DNA from: Vicinamibacteria bacterium
Lineage (GTDB): Bacteria > Acidobacteriota > Vicinamibacteria > Marinacidobacterales > Marinacidobacteraceae
NCBI GenBank assembly: GCA_965199715.1
Contig: OZ241322.1
Location: 1,824,001 to 1,888,000, forward strand
Direction: 5' to 3'
Length of the DNA stretch: 64,000 nucleotides
Positions 38,650-48,714 of this stretch are shown here, piece by piece. Each line of letters opens with the position of its first letter. Position 1 is the first letter of the stretch. The position numbers and the translations under genes are program-made. The notes under the pieces were generated by a model that had not been told where the DNA came from, did no database searches, and was given only the letters and a program-made list of their open reading frames with translations.

Positions 38650-38988
38650 TCACAGCTTGGCGAGAGCTTCCTGCTCGGTGTTCGTGATGACGAGGATCTG
38701 GTTGAAGCCGCTGATGCTGAACACCTCGACGATGTGTTCCTTCATCCGGCAGAGGACCAGCTTCCCCTTCGACGCGGACACGCGCCGGGCGAGGATCAGC
38801 AGCACGCGCATGCCCGTGCTGTTGATGTAGTCGATCTTCTCGAAGTCCATCAGGACCTTGGCCGGAACGGCCGCTGCGGCGGTCGAGTCCATGACGCTCC
38901 TCTCGAAATCGCCGGCGGTGCGCGTGTCGATGCGGCCTTCCGGCCGGATGACGAGTACCCCGTCTCGCGTCTCGGACACGATATTCAT
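38650..38988 (-). CDS. STAS anti-sigma factor antagonist (RsbV/SpoIIAA-like)
   Basis: 112 aa; GRID, DYINSTG and VFSISGF motifs. Confidence 0.88.
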   Translation of the reverse strand: MNIVSETRDGVLVIRPEGRIDTRTAGDFERSVMDSTAAAAVPAKVLMDFEKIDYINSTGMRVLLILARRVSASKGKLVLCRMKEHIVEVFSISGFNQILVITNTEQEALAKL

Positions 38989-38994
38989 GGTGGT

Positions 38995-39474
38995 CTAACC
39001 CCTCTCGTCGGGCGTTTCCAACGTCCGGACAAGCGTGACCCGGTTGCGGTCGCCCACGCGCTCGTAATGCACGCTGCTCATGAGCGAACGAACCAGGAAA
39101 ATGCCGAGGCCGCCGATCGGCCGATTCTCCAAAGGGAGCGAAGTGTCGGGAACGGCGGCGTCCTGAAATGGATCGAAGGCGGGCCCGCTGTGCTCGACTT
39201 CGATCGTGAAGTAGTGGCCGGCGACTCGCACGGAGACCAGGATCGCCGGCGGAGTTTCCCCGTTGGTCCCGTACAGGATGATATTGCTCAACAGCTCGTC
39301 GATCGCGAGCGACACCCGCTGGATGTGAACCCCCGGCACGTCGCAGGACTCGGCGAACTCGGTGACCTGCTCGCTCAGCAGCGAGATGCTCTCGAGCGTC
39401 GGCTCCACCGGGAACGTGCCCGACGCGTCGGGTGATCGTTCCCGGCCGGCGGCGACAGTGTCCTTGTGCGTCAT
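38995..39474 (-). CDS. RsbW/SpoIIAB-like anti-sigma factor (HATPase_c_2)
   Basis: DELLSNIILYG N-box, HSGPAFDP G1 region and GGLGI G2 box. Confidence 0.85.
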   Translation of the reverse strand: MTHKDTVAAGRERSPDASGTFPVEPTLESISLLSEQVTEFAESCDVPGVHIQRVSLAIDELLSNIILYGTNGETPPAILVSVRVAGHYFTIEVEHSGPAFDPFQDAAVPDTSLPLENRPIGGLGIFLVRSLMSSVHYERVGDRNRVTLVRTLETPDERG

Positions 39475-39477
39475 CGG

Positions 39478-40401
39478 TCAGGTTTCGAGGGCCGCCTCGG
39501 GCCATGCGCCATCGCTGCGCGAGTCGGGAGGGATTTCCCCGATTGTAACCGACACTTCAAGGGTCTGATCCGCCGTTCCCCGGAACGTCCCGCGAGTCGG
39601 CGGAACGTCCCGGTAGTCGCGCCCCGCCGCGACCCGGATGTGGCGCCGGTCCGCCGTCGAGTCGTTGGTGGGGTCGAAGCCGACCCAGCCCAAGCCCGGA
39701 AGCAGGCACTCGACCCAGGCGTGGCTGACCCGGGCCATCCGGGCGTCCGGGTCGTCGGCCTTCTCCACGTGCAGATAACCCGACGTGTAGCGCGCCGGGA
39801 TTCCCCAGCCGCGCGCCACCGCGAGCATGATGTGGGCGAAGTCCTGGCAGACCCCCCGGCGATCCTCGAGCGCGTCGTGCGCGGCGGAGTGCACCTGCGT
39901 CGCGCCCGGGTCGTAGGTGATCGCCCCGTGGAGGCTCGTGGCGAGGTTCCGCAGCGACGCGAGCGGCGTCTCCCGGCGGTCGATCCCATGCTCCTTCAGG
40001 AACGGCGCGAGGAGCGCCGTCGGAGCGGTCAGGGGCGTCGGGTTCAGGAAGTGCCAGACGTCGCTGACCCGCAGCCCCTCCATCGCGTCCCAGCCCGGCG
40101 TCCGGTCGTCGAGGTTCAGCTCCCGCGGGCGGAGCGCGACCACCGACCGGGCCTCGACCTCCAGCGTCCGGTGCTCGCCGGGTACGTCGAAGAACGCCGC
40201 CGGGTTCCCGAAGCAATCCTCGAAGTCGGTCACCACGGCGCGCGGAGTCGTGTGTATCTCGAAGCTCTCGACGTACTGCGAGACGTCGTTGCGCGGCTGC
40301 TTGTGGACGGTCATCACCGCCTCGCGCACCGGTTCCGAGTAGCGGAACCGGGTCAGGTGGCGGACCTGGAAGAAGTGGGGCGCGTCGGATCGATCAGGCA
40401 A
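39478..40401 (-). CDS. Transglutaminase-like protein with bacterial N-terminal domain
   Basis: H.TRFRY, DCFGN, and triad GVCQDFAH / SHAW / FDPTN; GRDY.DV.P. Confidence 0.9.
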   Translation of the reverse strand: MPDRSDAPHFFQVRHLTRFRYSEPVREAVMTVHKQPRNDVSQYVESFEIHTTPRAVVTDFEDCFGNPAAFFDVPGEHRTLEVEARSVVALRPRELNLDDRTPGWDAMEGLRVSDVWHFLNPTPLTAPTALLAPFLKEHGIDRRETPLASLRNLATSLHGAITYDPGATQVHSAAHDALEDRRGVCQDFAHIMLAVARGWGIPARYTSGYLHVEKADDPDARMARVSHAWVECLLPGLGWVGFDPTNDSTADRRHIRVAAGRDYRDVPPTRGTFRGTADQTLEVSVTIGEIPPDSRSDGAWPEAALET

Positions 40402-41377
40402 GTCGGAACGCCTCGTCGGCCGGGTAGGAGATATAGCGGCGGTACACCTCCTCGTGAAGGATCCGGGAGAGCCGGTGCACCTCGGCGAGCGTCCGCTCGA
40501 AGGCGTCGGCCTCGTTCCCGTCGTCGAAGCCGTACGCGAGCAGCGCCCGGAGCTGGCCGGCCACCCGGTGCGCCTCGGACGGCTGGTCGCGCGCCGCGAC
40601 CACCGGATCGATGCGCTGGAGGCTGGCGCGGATCTCCTCGGCCGCGAACCGCAGCGTGTGCGGGGACTGGGGGTCGCGGACGAGGAAGCCCATGGCCAGG
40701 TGGGGCTCGATCGCCGCGGTGTGCAGCTTGCAGAACGGCTCGAGGCTGGCGCAACTGCGCAGCAGCAGCGACCAGTCCAGATGGCCTTCGGGCTCGTTCA
40801 GCGAGGGGCGGTACGCCTCGAGGATGTCGGCGGTCACCTGGATGCGCTCGAGGAACCGGCCCAGCCGGATGAAATCCCACGACGGGCCGTGACGCAGGCT
40901 GTTGTCGGTCACGCCCCGGAACAGGTAGATGGAGGCCGACGTCTCGCGGTAGAAGACGTGCGGCTGCTGGTTCCAGAACGTGTGGAGCTGCTGCTCCCGG
41001 AGCGTCAGGAAGGGACGGTTCAGGTGCCCCCACATCTCCGACGTGATCTCCTGTCGGGCCTGCCGGGCGTTCTCGCGGGAGCGCCCCCAAAGCGAGACCA
41101 CCGAGCTCGGGTTCCCGGCCTCGAAGGTCATGAAGTCGGTGAGCGAGTACGCGTCGGCGAGCAGGAACGCTTCCTCCTCCTCCGAGTCCGCGAAGATCGT
41201 CCCGCCCGCCGGCGTGCAACTGAGCGCGAAGAAGAGCCGGCGCCAGCCGTCCCCGATCACCTGCGCCGGCTGGTCCGCGAGCGCGTTCACCTGAACGCCG
41301 AGCAGCCGGGCGGTCTGATCCGCCCGCTCGAGGTAGCGGCTCATCCAGTAGAGGTTGTCGGCGACCCGGGCGAGCAT
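40394..41377 (-). CDS. Alpha-E domain protein (DUF403)
   Basis: MLARVADNLYWMSRYLERA, RENAR and LGRFLER motifs. Confidence 0.9.
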   Translation of the reverse strand: MLARVADNLYWMSRYLERADQTARLLGVQVNALADQPAQVIGDGWRRLFFALSCTPAGGTIFADSEEEEAFLLADAYSLTDFMTFEAGNPSSVVSLWGRSRENARQARQEITSEMWGHLNRPFLTLREQQLHTFWNQQPHVFYRETSASIYLFRGVTDNSLRHGPSWDFIRLGRFLERIQVTADILEAYRPSLNEPEGHLDWSLLLRSCASLEPFCKLHTAAIEPHLAMGFLVRDPQSPHTLRFAAEEIRASLQRIDPVVAARDQPSEAHRVAGQLRALLAYGFDDGNEADAFERTLAEVHRLSRILHEEVYRRYISYPADEAFRLA

Positions 41378-41379
41378 CG

Positions 41380-42870
41380 TCAGGGATTCTCCCGGTCCAC
41401 GATCCAGGCGTCCTTGGACCCGCCGCCCTGGCTGGAGTTCACGACGAGGCTTCCCTTGCGCAGCGCGACCCGGCACAGCCCGCCGGGCACGATCTTCGTG
41501 GAGTCGCCGTCGTGGAGGACGAAGGGCCGCAGGTCCACGTGACGGGACTCGATGTTCGACCCCACGAGGCAGGGCGCCCGGCTCAGCGCGAGCGTCGGCT
41601 GCGCGATGTAGTTCTCCGGGTCCGCCTTGAGCTGCGCGGCGAACTCGGCGCGCTCCTCCATGGTGGCGTGCGGGCCGATGAGCATCCCGTAGCCGCCCGA
41701 CTCGCCGACCATCTTCACGACCAGCTTGTCGAGGTTGTCGAGCGTGTAGGCGAGGCCCTCCGGACGGCGGCAGAGCGTCGTCGGGATGTTGTCGAGGAGC
41801 GGCTCCTCCGACAGGTAGTAGCGGATGATGTCGGGGACGAAGGCGTACACGCCCTTGTCGTCGGCGACCCCGTTGCCGGGAGCGTTGGCGATGGCGACCT
41901 TCCCGGCCCGGTACACGTGGAACAGCCCCGGGACCCCGAGGAGCGAGTCGGGCCGGAACGTGAGCGGATCCACGAAGTCGTCGTCGAGGCGACGGTAGAT
42001 CACGTCCACGCCCTTCAGCCCGTTCGTGGTGCGCATGTACACCCGGTCCTGGTGGACGAGGAGGTCCGGTCCTTCGACCAGCTCGATCCCCATCTGGCGG
42101 GCGAGGAAGGCGTGCTCGTAGTAGGCCGAGTTGTAGACCCCCGGCGTCAGCAGGACGATCGTCGGATCGCTGGCGCCCGGAGGAGCGAGCGAACGCAGCA
42201 CGCCGAGCAGCAACGCGCTGTACTGCTCCACCTCGCGCACCCGGTAGCTGCGGAAGAGCCTCGGCAGGCTCCGCTTGATCGCGTCCCGGCAGGCGAGCAT
42301 GTAGCTCACTCCGGACGGGACCCGGAGGTTGTCCTCGAGCACCCCGAACCCGTCGTGGGTGCGGACGAGGTCGGTGCCGCAGATCGAGACGTACGCCTGC
42401 TTCGGAACCTTCACGCCCCGCATCGGCAGCAGGTAGTGCTTGCTGCCGTACACCATGTCGGCCGGAACGACCCCGTCCCTGACGATCATCCCCCGGTGGT
42501 AGATGTCGTGGAGGAACAGGTTCATCGCCTTGATGCGCTGCTCGAGCCCGCGCACGACCCGGTCCCAGTCGTCGCCCCGGATGATGCGCGGGAGGCAGTC
42601 GATCGGGAACACCCGTTCGATCGTCTGGTCGTCCCCGTATACGGTGAACGTGATGCCCTCGTGGAGGAAGCTGCGCGTCACCCGCTCCTGGATCTGGAGG
42701 AGCTCCTCCGGCGGGGTCTTCGAGAGCGTGTCGTGGAGCGCCCGGTAGTGCTCCCTCGGGACGTTCGCCTTCTCGAACATCTCGTCGTAGTGCACGTCGT
42801 CCCACGCGTACTGCCGGAACCCCGGAGCCGGGCGCGCCCCTGACGCGGACATCGGGTTCCTCTCCGTCAA
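41380..42870 (-). CDS. Circularly permuted type 2 ATP-grasp protein
   Basis: [52 protein letters not shown] and [10 protein letters not shown] motifs. Confidence 0.93.
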   Translation of the reverse strand: MTERNPMSASGARPAPGFRQYAWDDVHYDEMFEKANVPREHYRALHDTLSKTPPEELLQIQERVTRSFLHEGITFTVYGDDQTIERVFPIDCLPRIIRGDDWDRVVRGLEQRIKAMNLFLHDIYHRGMIVRDGVVPADMVYGSKHYLLPMRGVKVPKQAYVSICGTDLVRTHDGFGVLEDNLRVPSGVSYMLACRDAIKRSLPRLFRSYRVREVEQYSALLLGVLRSLAPPGASDPTIVLLTPGVYNSAYYEHAFLARQMGIELVEGPDLLVHQDRVYMRTTNGLKGVDVIYRRLDDDFVDPLTFRPDSLLGVPGLFHVYRAGKVAIANAPGNGVADDKGVYAFVPDIIRYYLSEEPLLDNIPTTLCRRPEGLAYTLDNLDKLVVKMVGESGGYGMLIGPHATMEERAEFAAQLKADPENYIAQPTLALSRAPCLVGSNIESRHVDLRPFVLHDGDSTKIVPGGLCRVALRKGSLVVNSSQGGGSKDAWIVDRENP

Positions 42871-42877
42871 CCGGGGG

Positions 42878-44173
42878 TCAGGCGGATCGCGGAAGCCCGT
42901 TGCGCGCCACGTGCTCGAAGACCTCGCAGAAGTAGTCGAGCTCCGCCATCGTCGTGTACAGGTTGGGTGTGATCCGCAGCCCCTGGAACTCCTCGTGGTC
43001 GATCGCCACCACGATGATGTGGTGCTTCTCCCAGAGGTAGTCCCGCAGCCTGGCGGCCTCGACCGTCTTCAGGTTGATGTTGCCGATCGCGCAGCTCATC
43101 GCCGGGTCGCGCGACGTGTGGAGCTCGGTGTCGGGGATCGCCGAGAGGCGGTCCGCCCACGTGTCCTTGAGGTAGCGCAGCCGCGCTTCCTTGTTCGCCC
43201 CGCCGATCGTGTTGTGGAAGGTGATGGCCTCGCCGCAGGCGACGAAGTTCGCCGCCGGGTGGGTGCCGATCTCCTCGAACTTGCGGATGTCGGCGTCCAT
43301 GCGCTCGGGGGCCGGCATGAGCGGCCAGATCGACGGAATCTTGTCCTTCTTGACGTAGAGCATCCCGGTGCCCTTCGGCGCGAGGAGCCACTTGTGGAGG
43401 CTGGTTCCGAAGTAGTCGCAGCCGATGTCGGGCTGGGTGAACTCGAACTGGGCGAAGGAGTGGGCCCCGTCCACCATGACCTCGACGCCGTGTTCCCGGG
43501 CCATGTCGCACACGCCCTTCACCGGCAGGATCTGCCCGGTCAGGTTGATCTGGTGCGACATGAGGATCAGCCGGGTCTTGTCGTTGATCGCGTTTCGGAA
43601 GCCCTCGACGACCTCCTCGTCGCTCTCCGCCGGCACCGGGATCTGGATGTACTCGATCTCGATCCCCTCCCGGCGCGCCCGCTGGTTCAGCGTGGTGAGC
43701 ATCCGCCCGTAGTCCTGGGTGGTGGTGAGCACCTGGTCGCCGGACTTGAGGTCCATCCCCAGCAGGAGGATCTCCATCGCCTCGGAGGTGTTGCGCACCA
43801 GCGCGATCTCTTCCGGATCGCACCCGAACAGCCCGGCCAGCCGCTGGCGGACGTGCTCCTTGCGCGGCTCGAGAAGCTGCCACATCGTGTACACCGGCGC
43901 CTCTTCCTGCTGCCACGTGTACCGGACGAACGCGTCGGTGACGGTACGGGGGGACGGACAGACCCCGCCGTTGTTCAGGTTCAGGATCGAGCGGGAGACC
44001 GTGAACGCCTGCTGGATCTCCGCCCAGTAGCTCTCGTCCCGCGCCACTTCCGTCGCCGGCCGCCCCGCCGTCTGCGCGGTCGCGCCCTCGACCCGGCGGA
44101 TCGTCTCCGGGCCGAACATGGTCGCGACCAGAGCGGCGCCGCCGGCTTCGCCGAGGAAATTTCTGCGCCGCAT
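42878..44173 (-). CDS. Tat-exported class V PLP enzyme (isopenicillin N epimerase-like)
   Basis: RRRNFL Tat signal, LNNGG..PSP, DGAHSF and SLHKWL motifs. Confidence 0.88.
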   Translation of the reverse strand: MRRRNFLGEAGGAALVATMFGPETIRRVEGATAQTAGRPATEVARDESYWAEIQQAFTVSRSILNLNNGGVCPSPRTVTDAFVRYTWQQEEAPVYTMWQLLEPRKEHVRQRLAGLFGCDPEEIALVRNTSEAMEILLLGMDLKSGDQVLTTTQDYGRMLTTLNQRARREGIEIEYIQIPVPAESDEEVVEGFRNAINDKTRLILMSHQINLTGQILPVKGVCDMAREHGVEVMVDGAHSFAQFEFTQPDIGCDYFGTSLHKWLLAPKGTGMLYVKKDKIPSIWPLMPAPERMDADIRKFEEIGTHPAANFVACGEAITFHNTIGGANKEARLRYLKDTWADRLSAIPDTELHTSRDPAMSCAIGNINLKTVEAARLRDYLWEKHHIIVVAIDHEEFQGLRITPNLYTTMAELDYFCEVFEHVARNGLPRSA

Positions 44174-44174
44174 G

Positions 44175-44235
44175 GGGTTGCCTCCGGTGGGGGCGATCCG
44201 ACCCTTCGGACCGCCAGCAACCCGAAAATGTACCA
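44175..44235 (-). promoter_or_regulatory. Extended -10 and SD-enclosing leader hairpin of the six-gene operon
   Basis: TGGTACATT, then a GGGTTGC...GCAACCC stem enclosing GGAGG immediately before the ATG. Confidence 0.4.
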
Positions 44236-44292
44236 GAGGATCGGAGGCCCGAAAGCTCCCTTCCGACCGGCGCGCCCACTACCATCCCACTC

Positions 44293-45831
44293 ATGCGCGA
44301 CCTGCTCGCGGGCCTCTCCGGGAGGATTCCGCCCGTCTTCGACTCGACCGTCGGCCACCTGATTCTGGCGCTCGGCGTGCTCGTCGCCGTCGGCAGCCTC
44401 GCGCTCGTGACCGTCGTGCTGATCCGGCGACTGCTCCAGAGCCTCGGGATCCACGACCGCATCGCGGAGCAGGTCCGGAACATGGTACGCGTGGTGCTCG
44501 GCGAGGAGCGCGCCTCGCGGGTGGACGTGGACGTCCTCGCGGGGCGGATCCTGTTCGCGGGCCTCCTGATCCTCGTCGTCGCCGTGTTCGCCTCGTTCGT
44601 GGACTTCGGCCGGCTCGGCGGCCCCGGCGGCGCGCTGCTGGACCGGGTCATGGGCCTCTTCTGGCAGCTCGGCCAGGCGCTGGTCCTGCTGCTGTTCTCG
44701 TGGATCCTCGCCGGCCTCCTCCGGCGTGCGGCGCGCGGCGTGCTGGAGCTCGCGGGCATGGGCCGGGCCGCCGACGATCCCGCCCCGAGGCGCATGGCGT
44801 GGGCGCTCCCGGAAGTCGTCTATTGGACCGTGCTGCTGCTGTTCCTGCCCCCGGTCCTCGCGGTCCTCGAGCTGGACGGGGTGCTCACGCCGATCGAGAC
44901 GACGGCGAACCAGGTGCTGCTGTTCCTGCCGAACCTGTTCGGCGCGGTCCTGATCTTCGTGGTCGGATGGCTCCTCGCCCGCCTCGTGAAGGCCATGGTG
45001 ACGAACTTGCTCGTCGCCATCGGGCTCGACCGGATCGCCGCCCGCTTCCGGATCCGGTGGGCGATCGGGACCCGGACTCCCTCCTCGCTCATCGGCTCGG
45101 TCGCCTACGTGCTGGTGCTCTTCCCGGTCATCCTGACCGGCCTCGAGCGCATCAGCCTCGAGGAGATCACCGGCCCGGTGTCGGAGATGCTGGGCCGGCT
45201 GGTCGCGATGACTCCGGTGATCCTCGTCGCCGCCGCCCTGCTCGCGACCGCGTACGTCGTCGGGCGCATCGTGGCCGACCTGATCCGCGACGTGCTCCAC
45301 GAGGCCGGGTTCGACCAGTTGCTCGGACGGCTCGGGCTGACCCCGGTCATGCCCCCGGGCGAGGACTTCGTGGCCTCCAACGTCGTGCGGATCCTGATCG
45401 TGGCGACGATCGTGCTGTTCGCCGCGATCGAGGCGGCGAGCCTGCTCGCGTTCGAGAACGTGGCGCTCCTGCTCACCCGGCTGCTCCAGTTCGCCGGCCA
45501 GTTCGTGCTCGGCGTGGTGTTCGTCGGTTTCGGGATCTTCCTCGCCCACGTTTCGGTCAAGGCCATCCGGGCGAGCTCGATGCCCCAGCGGGAGCTGTTC
45601 GCGGGGGCGGCGCGGGTCGGCATCCTGATCTTCGCGACGGCCATCGGGTTGCACCAGATGGGGCTCGCCGGCGAGATCATCGAGATCGCGTTCGGGATCG
45701 TGCTCGGGTCGGTGGCGGTGGCGTTCGCGATCGCCTTCGGGCTGGGGGGCCGCGACGCGGCCGCCCGGCAGATCGAACAGTGGCGGGAGGACGCCTCGGA
45801 CCGCCGGAAGGGAGATGGGGGAAGCCCATGA
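44293..45831 (+). CDS. Multi-TM conserved TM-helix repeat protein (CmpX/MscS N-terminus-like)
   Basis: Repeated P.LFGA.LI..VGW.LA units and C-terminal AIAFGLGGRDAA. Confidence 0.8.
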   Translation: MRDLLAGLSGRIPPVFDSTVGHLILALGVLVAVGSLALVTVVLIRRLLQSLGIHDRIAEQVRNMVRVVLGEERASRVDVDVLAGRILFAGLLILVVAVFASFVDFGRLGGPGGALLDRVMGLFWQLGQALVLLLFSWILAGLLRRAARGVLELAGMGRAADDPAPRRMAWALPEVVYWTVLLLFLPPVLAVLELDGVLTPIETTANQVLLFLPNLFGAVLIFVVGWLLARLVKAMVTNLLVAIGLDRIAARFRIRWAIGTRTPSSLIGSVAYVLVLFPVILTGLERISLEEITGPVSEMLGRLVAMTPVILVAAALLATAYVVGRIVADLIRDVLHEAGFDQLLGRLGLTPVMPPGEDFVASNVVRILIVATIVLFAAIEAASLLAFENVALLLTRLLQFAGQFVLGVVFVGFGIFLAHVSVKAIRASSMPQRELFAGAARVGILIFATAIGLHQMGLAGEIIEIAFGIVLGSVAVAFAIAFGLGGRDAAARQIEQWREDASDRRKGDGGSP

Positions 45832-47858
45832 CGGCGGGCTTTCGCTGGCGCGACCGCGAGATTCGCCGCGTCGCGGTGATCGGATCCGGGCAGATCGGCC
45901 CGGACATCGCGCTTCATTTCGTGAAGGCGCTCTCGCCCCACGGCGCGCGGACCCTCGTGCTCGACGTCGCGCCGGAAGCGCTTCGGGCCGGACGGGCGCG
46001 GATGGAGAAGAAGATCGCGAAGGGGGTCCGGACCGGCGCCTTCCGGGAGGCCCAAGCCGCGCGGATGATCGAGTCGGCTTCGTTCACCGACGACTACGAC
46101 CGGCTGGATGGGGCGGACCTGGTCGTCGAGGCCGCGTCCGAGAACCTCGAGATCAAGCGCCGCATCTTCGCCGAGGCCGAGCGGCGGGTCGGCCCGGAGT
46201 CGATCCTGCTCTCGAATTCCTCCCACATCCCGCCGTCGCTCATCTTCGACGGCCTCGAGCGCCCCGAGCGGGCGACGGTGGCGCACTACTTCTTTCCCGC
46301 CGAGCGGAACCCGATGGTGGAGATCGCCGAGGCCGGCGCGGAGCCGCTCGTCGCCTGGCTCATGGGGTTCTACGAGGAAATCGGCAAGGCGCCGGTGCGC
46401 GTCCGCGATCGCTTCGGCCACGCGCTGAACCCCGTCTTCGAGGGGTTGTTCCTCGCGGCTGCGCTCGTCGTCGAGGAGGGCCTCGGAACCACGCGGGAAG
46501 TGGACGCCATGGCCGTGCGGGCGCTTCGCCTCGGGGTCGGGCCCTTCACGGTGATGAACCTCACCGGCGGCAACCCGATCGCCCACGAGGGGTTCCCCGA
46601 GCTGGGACGCCGGCTGCACCCGTGGTTCCGGTCGCCGAAGCTGCTGGACGAAGCGATGGAGGACGGGCGAGCCTGGGACGTTCCCGGCCGGGGCGAGGAA
46701 GTCGCGGTTCCCGAGGACCGCGCGCGGGAGATCGAGGAGCGCATGGTCGCTGCGTACCTCGGCCTCGCGGCGTGGACGGTCGAGGATCGGGCGATCTCGC
46801 TCGCGGACCTCGATCTCGGATGCAAGCTGGCGCTGTCGGCCGCGAACCCCTTCGGGATGATGAACCGGATCGGCGTCCGCCGCGCCGGGGCGCTCGTCGC
46901 CCGCTACCGCGAGATCGAGCCCGACTTCCCCGATCCGGCGATGCTCCGGACCCCGTCGGCCGGTCGGATCGCGGTTCCCCGCATCCTCGAGCGGAACGCG
47001 CCGGTCGAAGGCGGCGCAGTCCGCGTGCTGACCATCCGCCGGCCCGACGTCCTGAACGCGCTCGACGAGGAGCTGCTCGGCGAACTGGACGGGCGGCTCC
47101 ATGACGCCGCCGCTGAAAGCGGCGTCGTCGGCGTCGCGCTCACCGGCTTCGGCCCGAAGGCGTTCGCCGCCGGCGCCGACATCCGGATGCTGGCGCGGAT
47201 CGCGTCGGTCGCCGAGGGCGAGGCCATGTCGCTGCGGCTCCACCGGGTGCTGGAGCGCATCGAGGCGCTCGGCAAGCCGATCGTGGCGGCGGTGAACGGC
47301 GTCGCGTTCGGCGGCGGGATCGAACTCGCCATGGCGTGCGCCGCCCGGATCGCCCGCGCCGGCGCGCGGCGGCTGGTGAGCCAGCCCGAACCCAACCTCG
47401 GCGTGATCCCCGGCGCCGGCGGAACGCAGCGCCTGCCGCGCCTCATCGGCGTCGAGGCGGCGTGGCCGATGCTGCGCGCGGCGACGACGATCGATTCCGA
47501 CGAAGCGCTCGCGCTCGGCCTCGTGAGCGAACTCGCGTCAGGCGACGAGCTCGTCCCCCGCGCCGTCGAACTCGCGGCGGACATCGCCGCCGGCCGCCGC
47601 CCCGCGCCCGAGATGCCGCAAGGCCCGATCCCCGTGCCGACCGACCTGCCCGAGGTCGATATCGGGCACCGGTCGAAGGCGGTGGACGCGATCATGCAGC
47701 GCGCCGTGCTCGAGGGAGCGGCGCTCCCGCTGCCGGACGCGCTGCGCTTCGAGGCGCGGCTCTTCGGCGAGTGCTGCGGCCTCGAGGACATGCGCATCGG
47801 CATGGCGAACTTCCTCGAGAACGGGCCCCGGACCCCGGCGAAGTTCGTCCACCGTTAG
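45828..47858 (+). CDS. Bifunctional 3-hydroxyacyl-CoA dehydrogenase / enoyl-CoA hydratase
   Basis: GSGQIG, EAASEN, SNSS and HYFFP (dehydrogenase); AFAAGAD, GGGIELA and QPEPNLG..PGAGGTQRL (hydratase). Confidence 0.88.
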   Translation: MTAGFRWRDREIRRVAVIGSGQIGPDIALHFVKALSPHGARTLVLDVAPEALRAGRARMEKKIAKGVRTGAFREAQAARMIESASFTDDYDRLDGADLVVEAASENLEIKRRIFAEAERRVGPESILLSNSSHIPPSLIFDGLERPERATVAHYFFPAERNPMVEIAEAGAEPLVAWLMGFYEEIGKAPVRVRDRFGHALNPVFEGLFLAAALVVEEGLGTTREVDAMAVRALRLGVGPFTVMNLTGGNPIAHEGFPELGRRLHPWFRSPKLLDEAMEDGRAWDVPGRGEEVAVPEDRAREIEERMVAAYLGLAAWTVEDRAISLADLDLGCKLALSAANPFGMMNRIGVRRAGALVARYREIEPDFPDPAMLRTPSAGRIAVPRILERNAPVEGGAVRVLTIRRPDVLNALDEELLGELDGRLHDAAAESGVVGVALTGFGPKAFAAGADIRMLARIASVAEGEAMSLRLHRVLERIEALGKPIVAAVNGVAFGGGIELAMACAARIARAGARRLVSQPEPNLGVIPGAGGTQRLPRLIGVEAAWPMLRAATTIDSDEALALGLVSELASGDELVPRAVELAADIAAGRRPAPEMPQGPIPVPTDLPEVDIGHRSKAVDAIMQRAVLEGAALPLPDALRFEARLFGECCGLEDMRIGMANFLENGPRTPAKFVHR

Positions 47859-47868
47859 TCCGGGCGGT

Positions 47869-48264
47869 TCAGGAGCGCCGCGGAAGCTCCCCCGAATACC
47901 CGGCCTCCTGGAGCTTCTCCAGTATCTGGATCGCTCGGACGGACTGCTTCTCAGACGGAATGGTCGTCGGCGCTCGGCTGGCGTACCCGATGATTCCGCT
48001 CTCCGTTTCGGACAGAACTTTCTTGGAAATACCCCACTTCAGGGCCCCCTTCCAGAAATCCGCGCCAGCATTCACCACGGCCGTCTGCGCCTCAATTCCG
48101 TTCAGCACCCGTTGCTCGCGGCGGCCCGCTCGAATCGCGTCACGGCGCTCGCCGACGGAAAGGAGGTCTCCGATCACGGAGCGGGGCCAGTCGATTCTCA
48201 GATCCCGAACGCGATCCCAGCAACCCTGCTTCTTCGCCCATTCGGTCACGTTGCTGATTCCTGC
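47869..48264 (-). pseudogene. C-terminal fragment of an AIPR-family protein
   Basis: GISNVTEWAKKQGCW...NGIEAQ..V...IPSEKQ resembles AIPR C-termini; no 5' part; lower GC than the flanks. Confidence 0.6.
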
Positions 48265-48545
48265 GCTTCGGCGCCGTTTGCCTTGTCCACGGCTGCTTCT
48301 GGCATCGCCACCAAGGGTGCCGGTACGCGACCAGTCCTTCGACTCGCGCGGAGTTCTGGCGAGCGAAGTTCGATGCGAACGTCCGGCGGGACCGCCGAGT
48401 GGTCGAGGAATTGCTCCGCGGCCGCTGGCGCGTGGCGATCGTGTGGGAGTGCGCCGTGCGCTCGTCCCGGCTGCCGGACACGGCGGTCGCGCTGCACCGT
48501 TGGCTCCGGGGGAAGGAACGGCGTTTCGAGACTGCTCCCGAAGGC
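48264..48545 (+). pseudogene. vsr: 5'-truncated very-short-patch repair endonuclease
   Basis: VHGCFWHRHQGC...FWRAKFDANVRRD...WRVAIVWEC; in-frame TGA at 48255 upstream, no start codon, N-terminal part missing; frame stays open to 48851. Confidence 0.85.
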
Positions 48546-48714
48546 GCCTCCGGCTTCGGAGCAGCGCGACGTCTGGAGGTCGGTTGCGTGGCCGATGCGG
48601 AAGACGCGCAGGGCCGACCGGCCCCTTCGCCGAGGAAGCGCACGGAACACGGCAAGGATACGCCCACCGCGAGAGTCTCCTCTCTCGGTACCGGGCCCCG
48701 TGAGCGGTCGCCGC

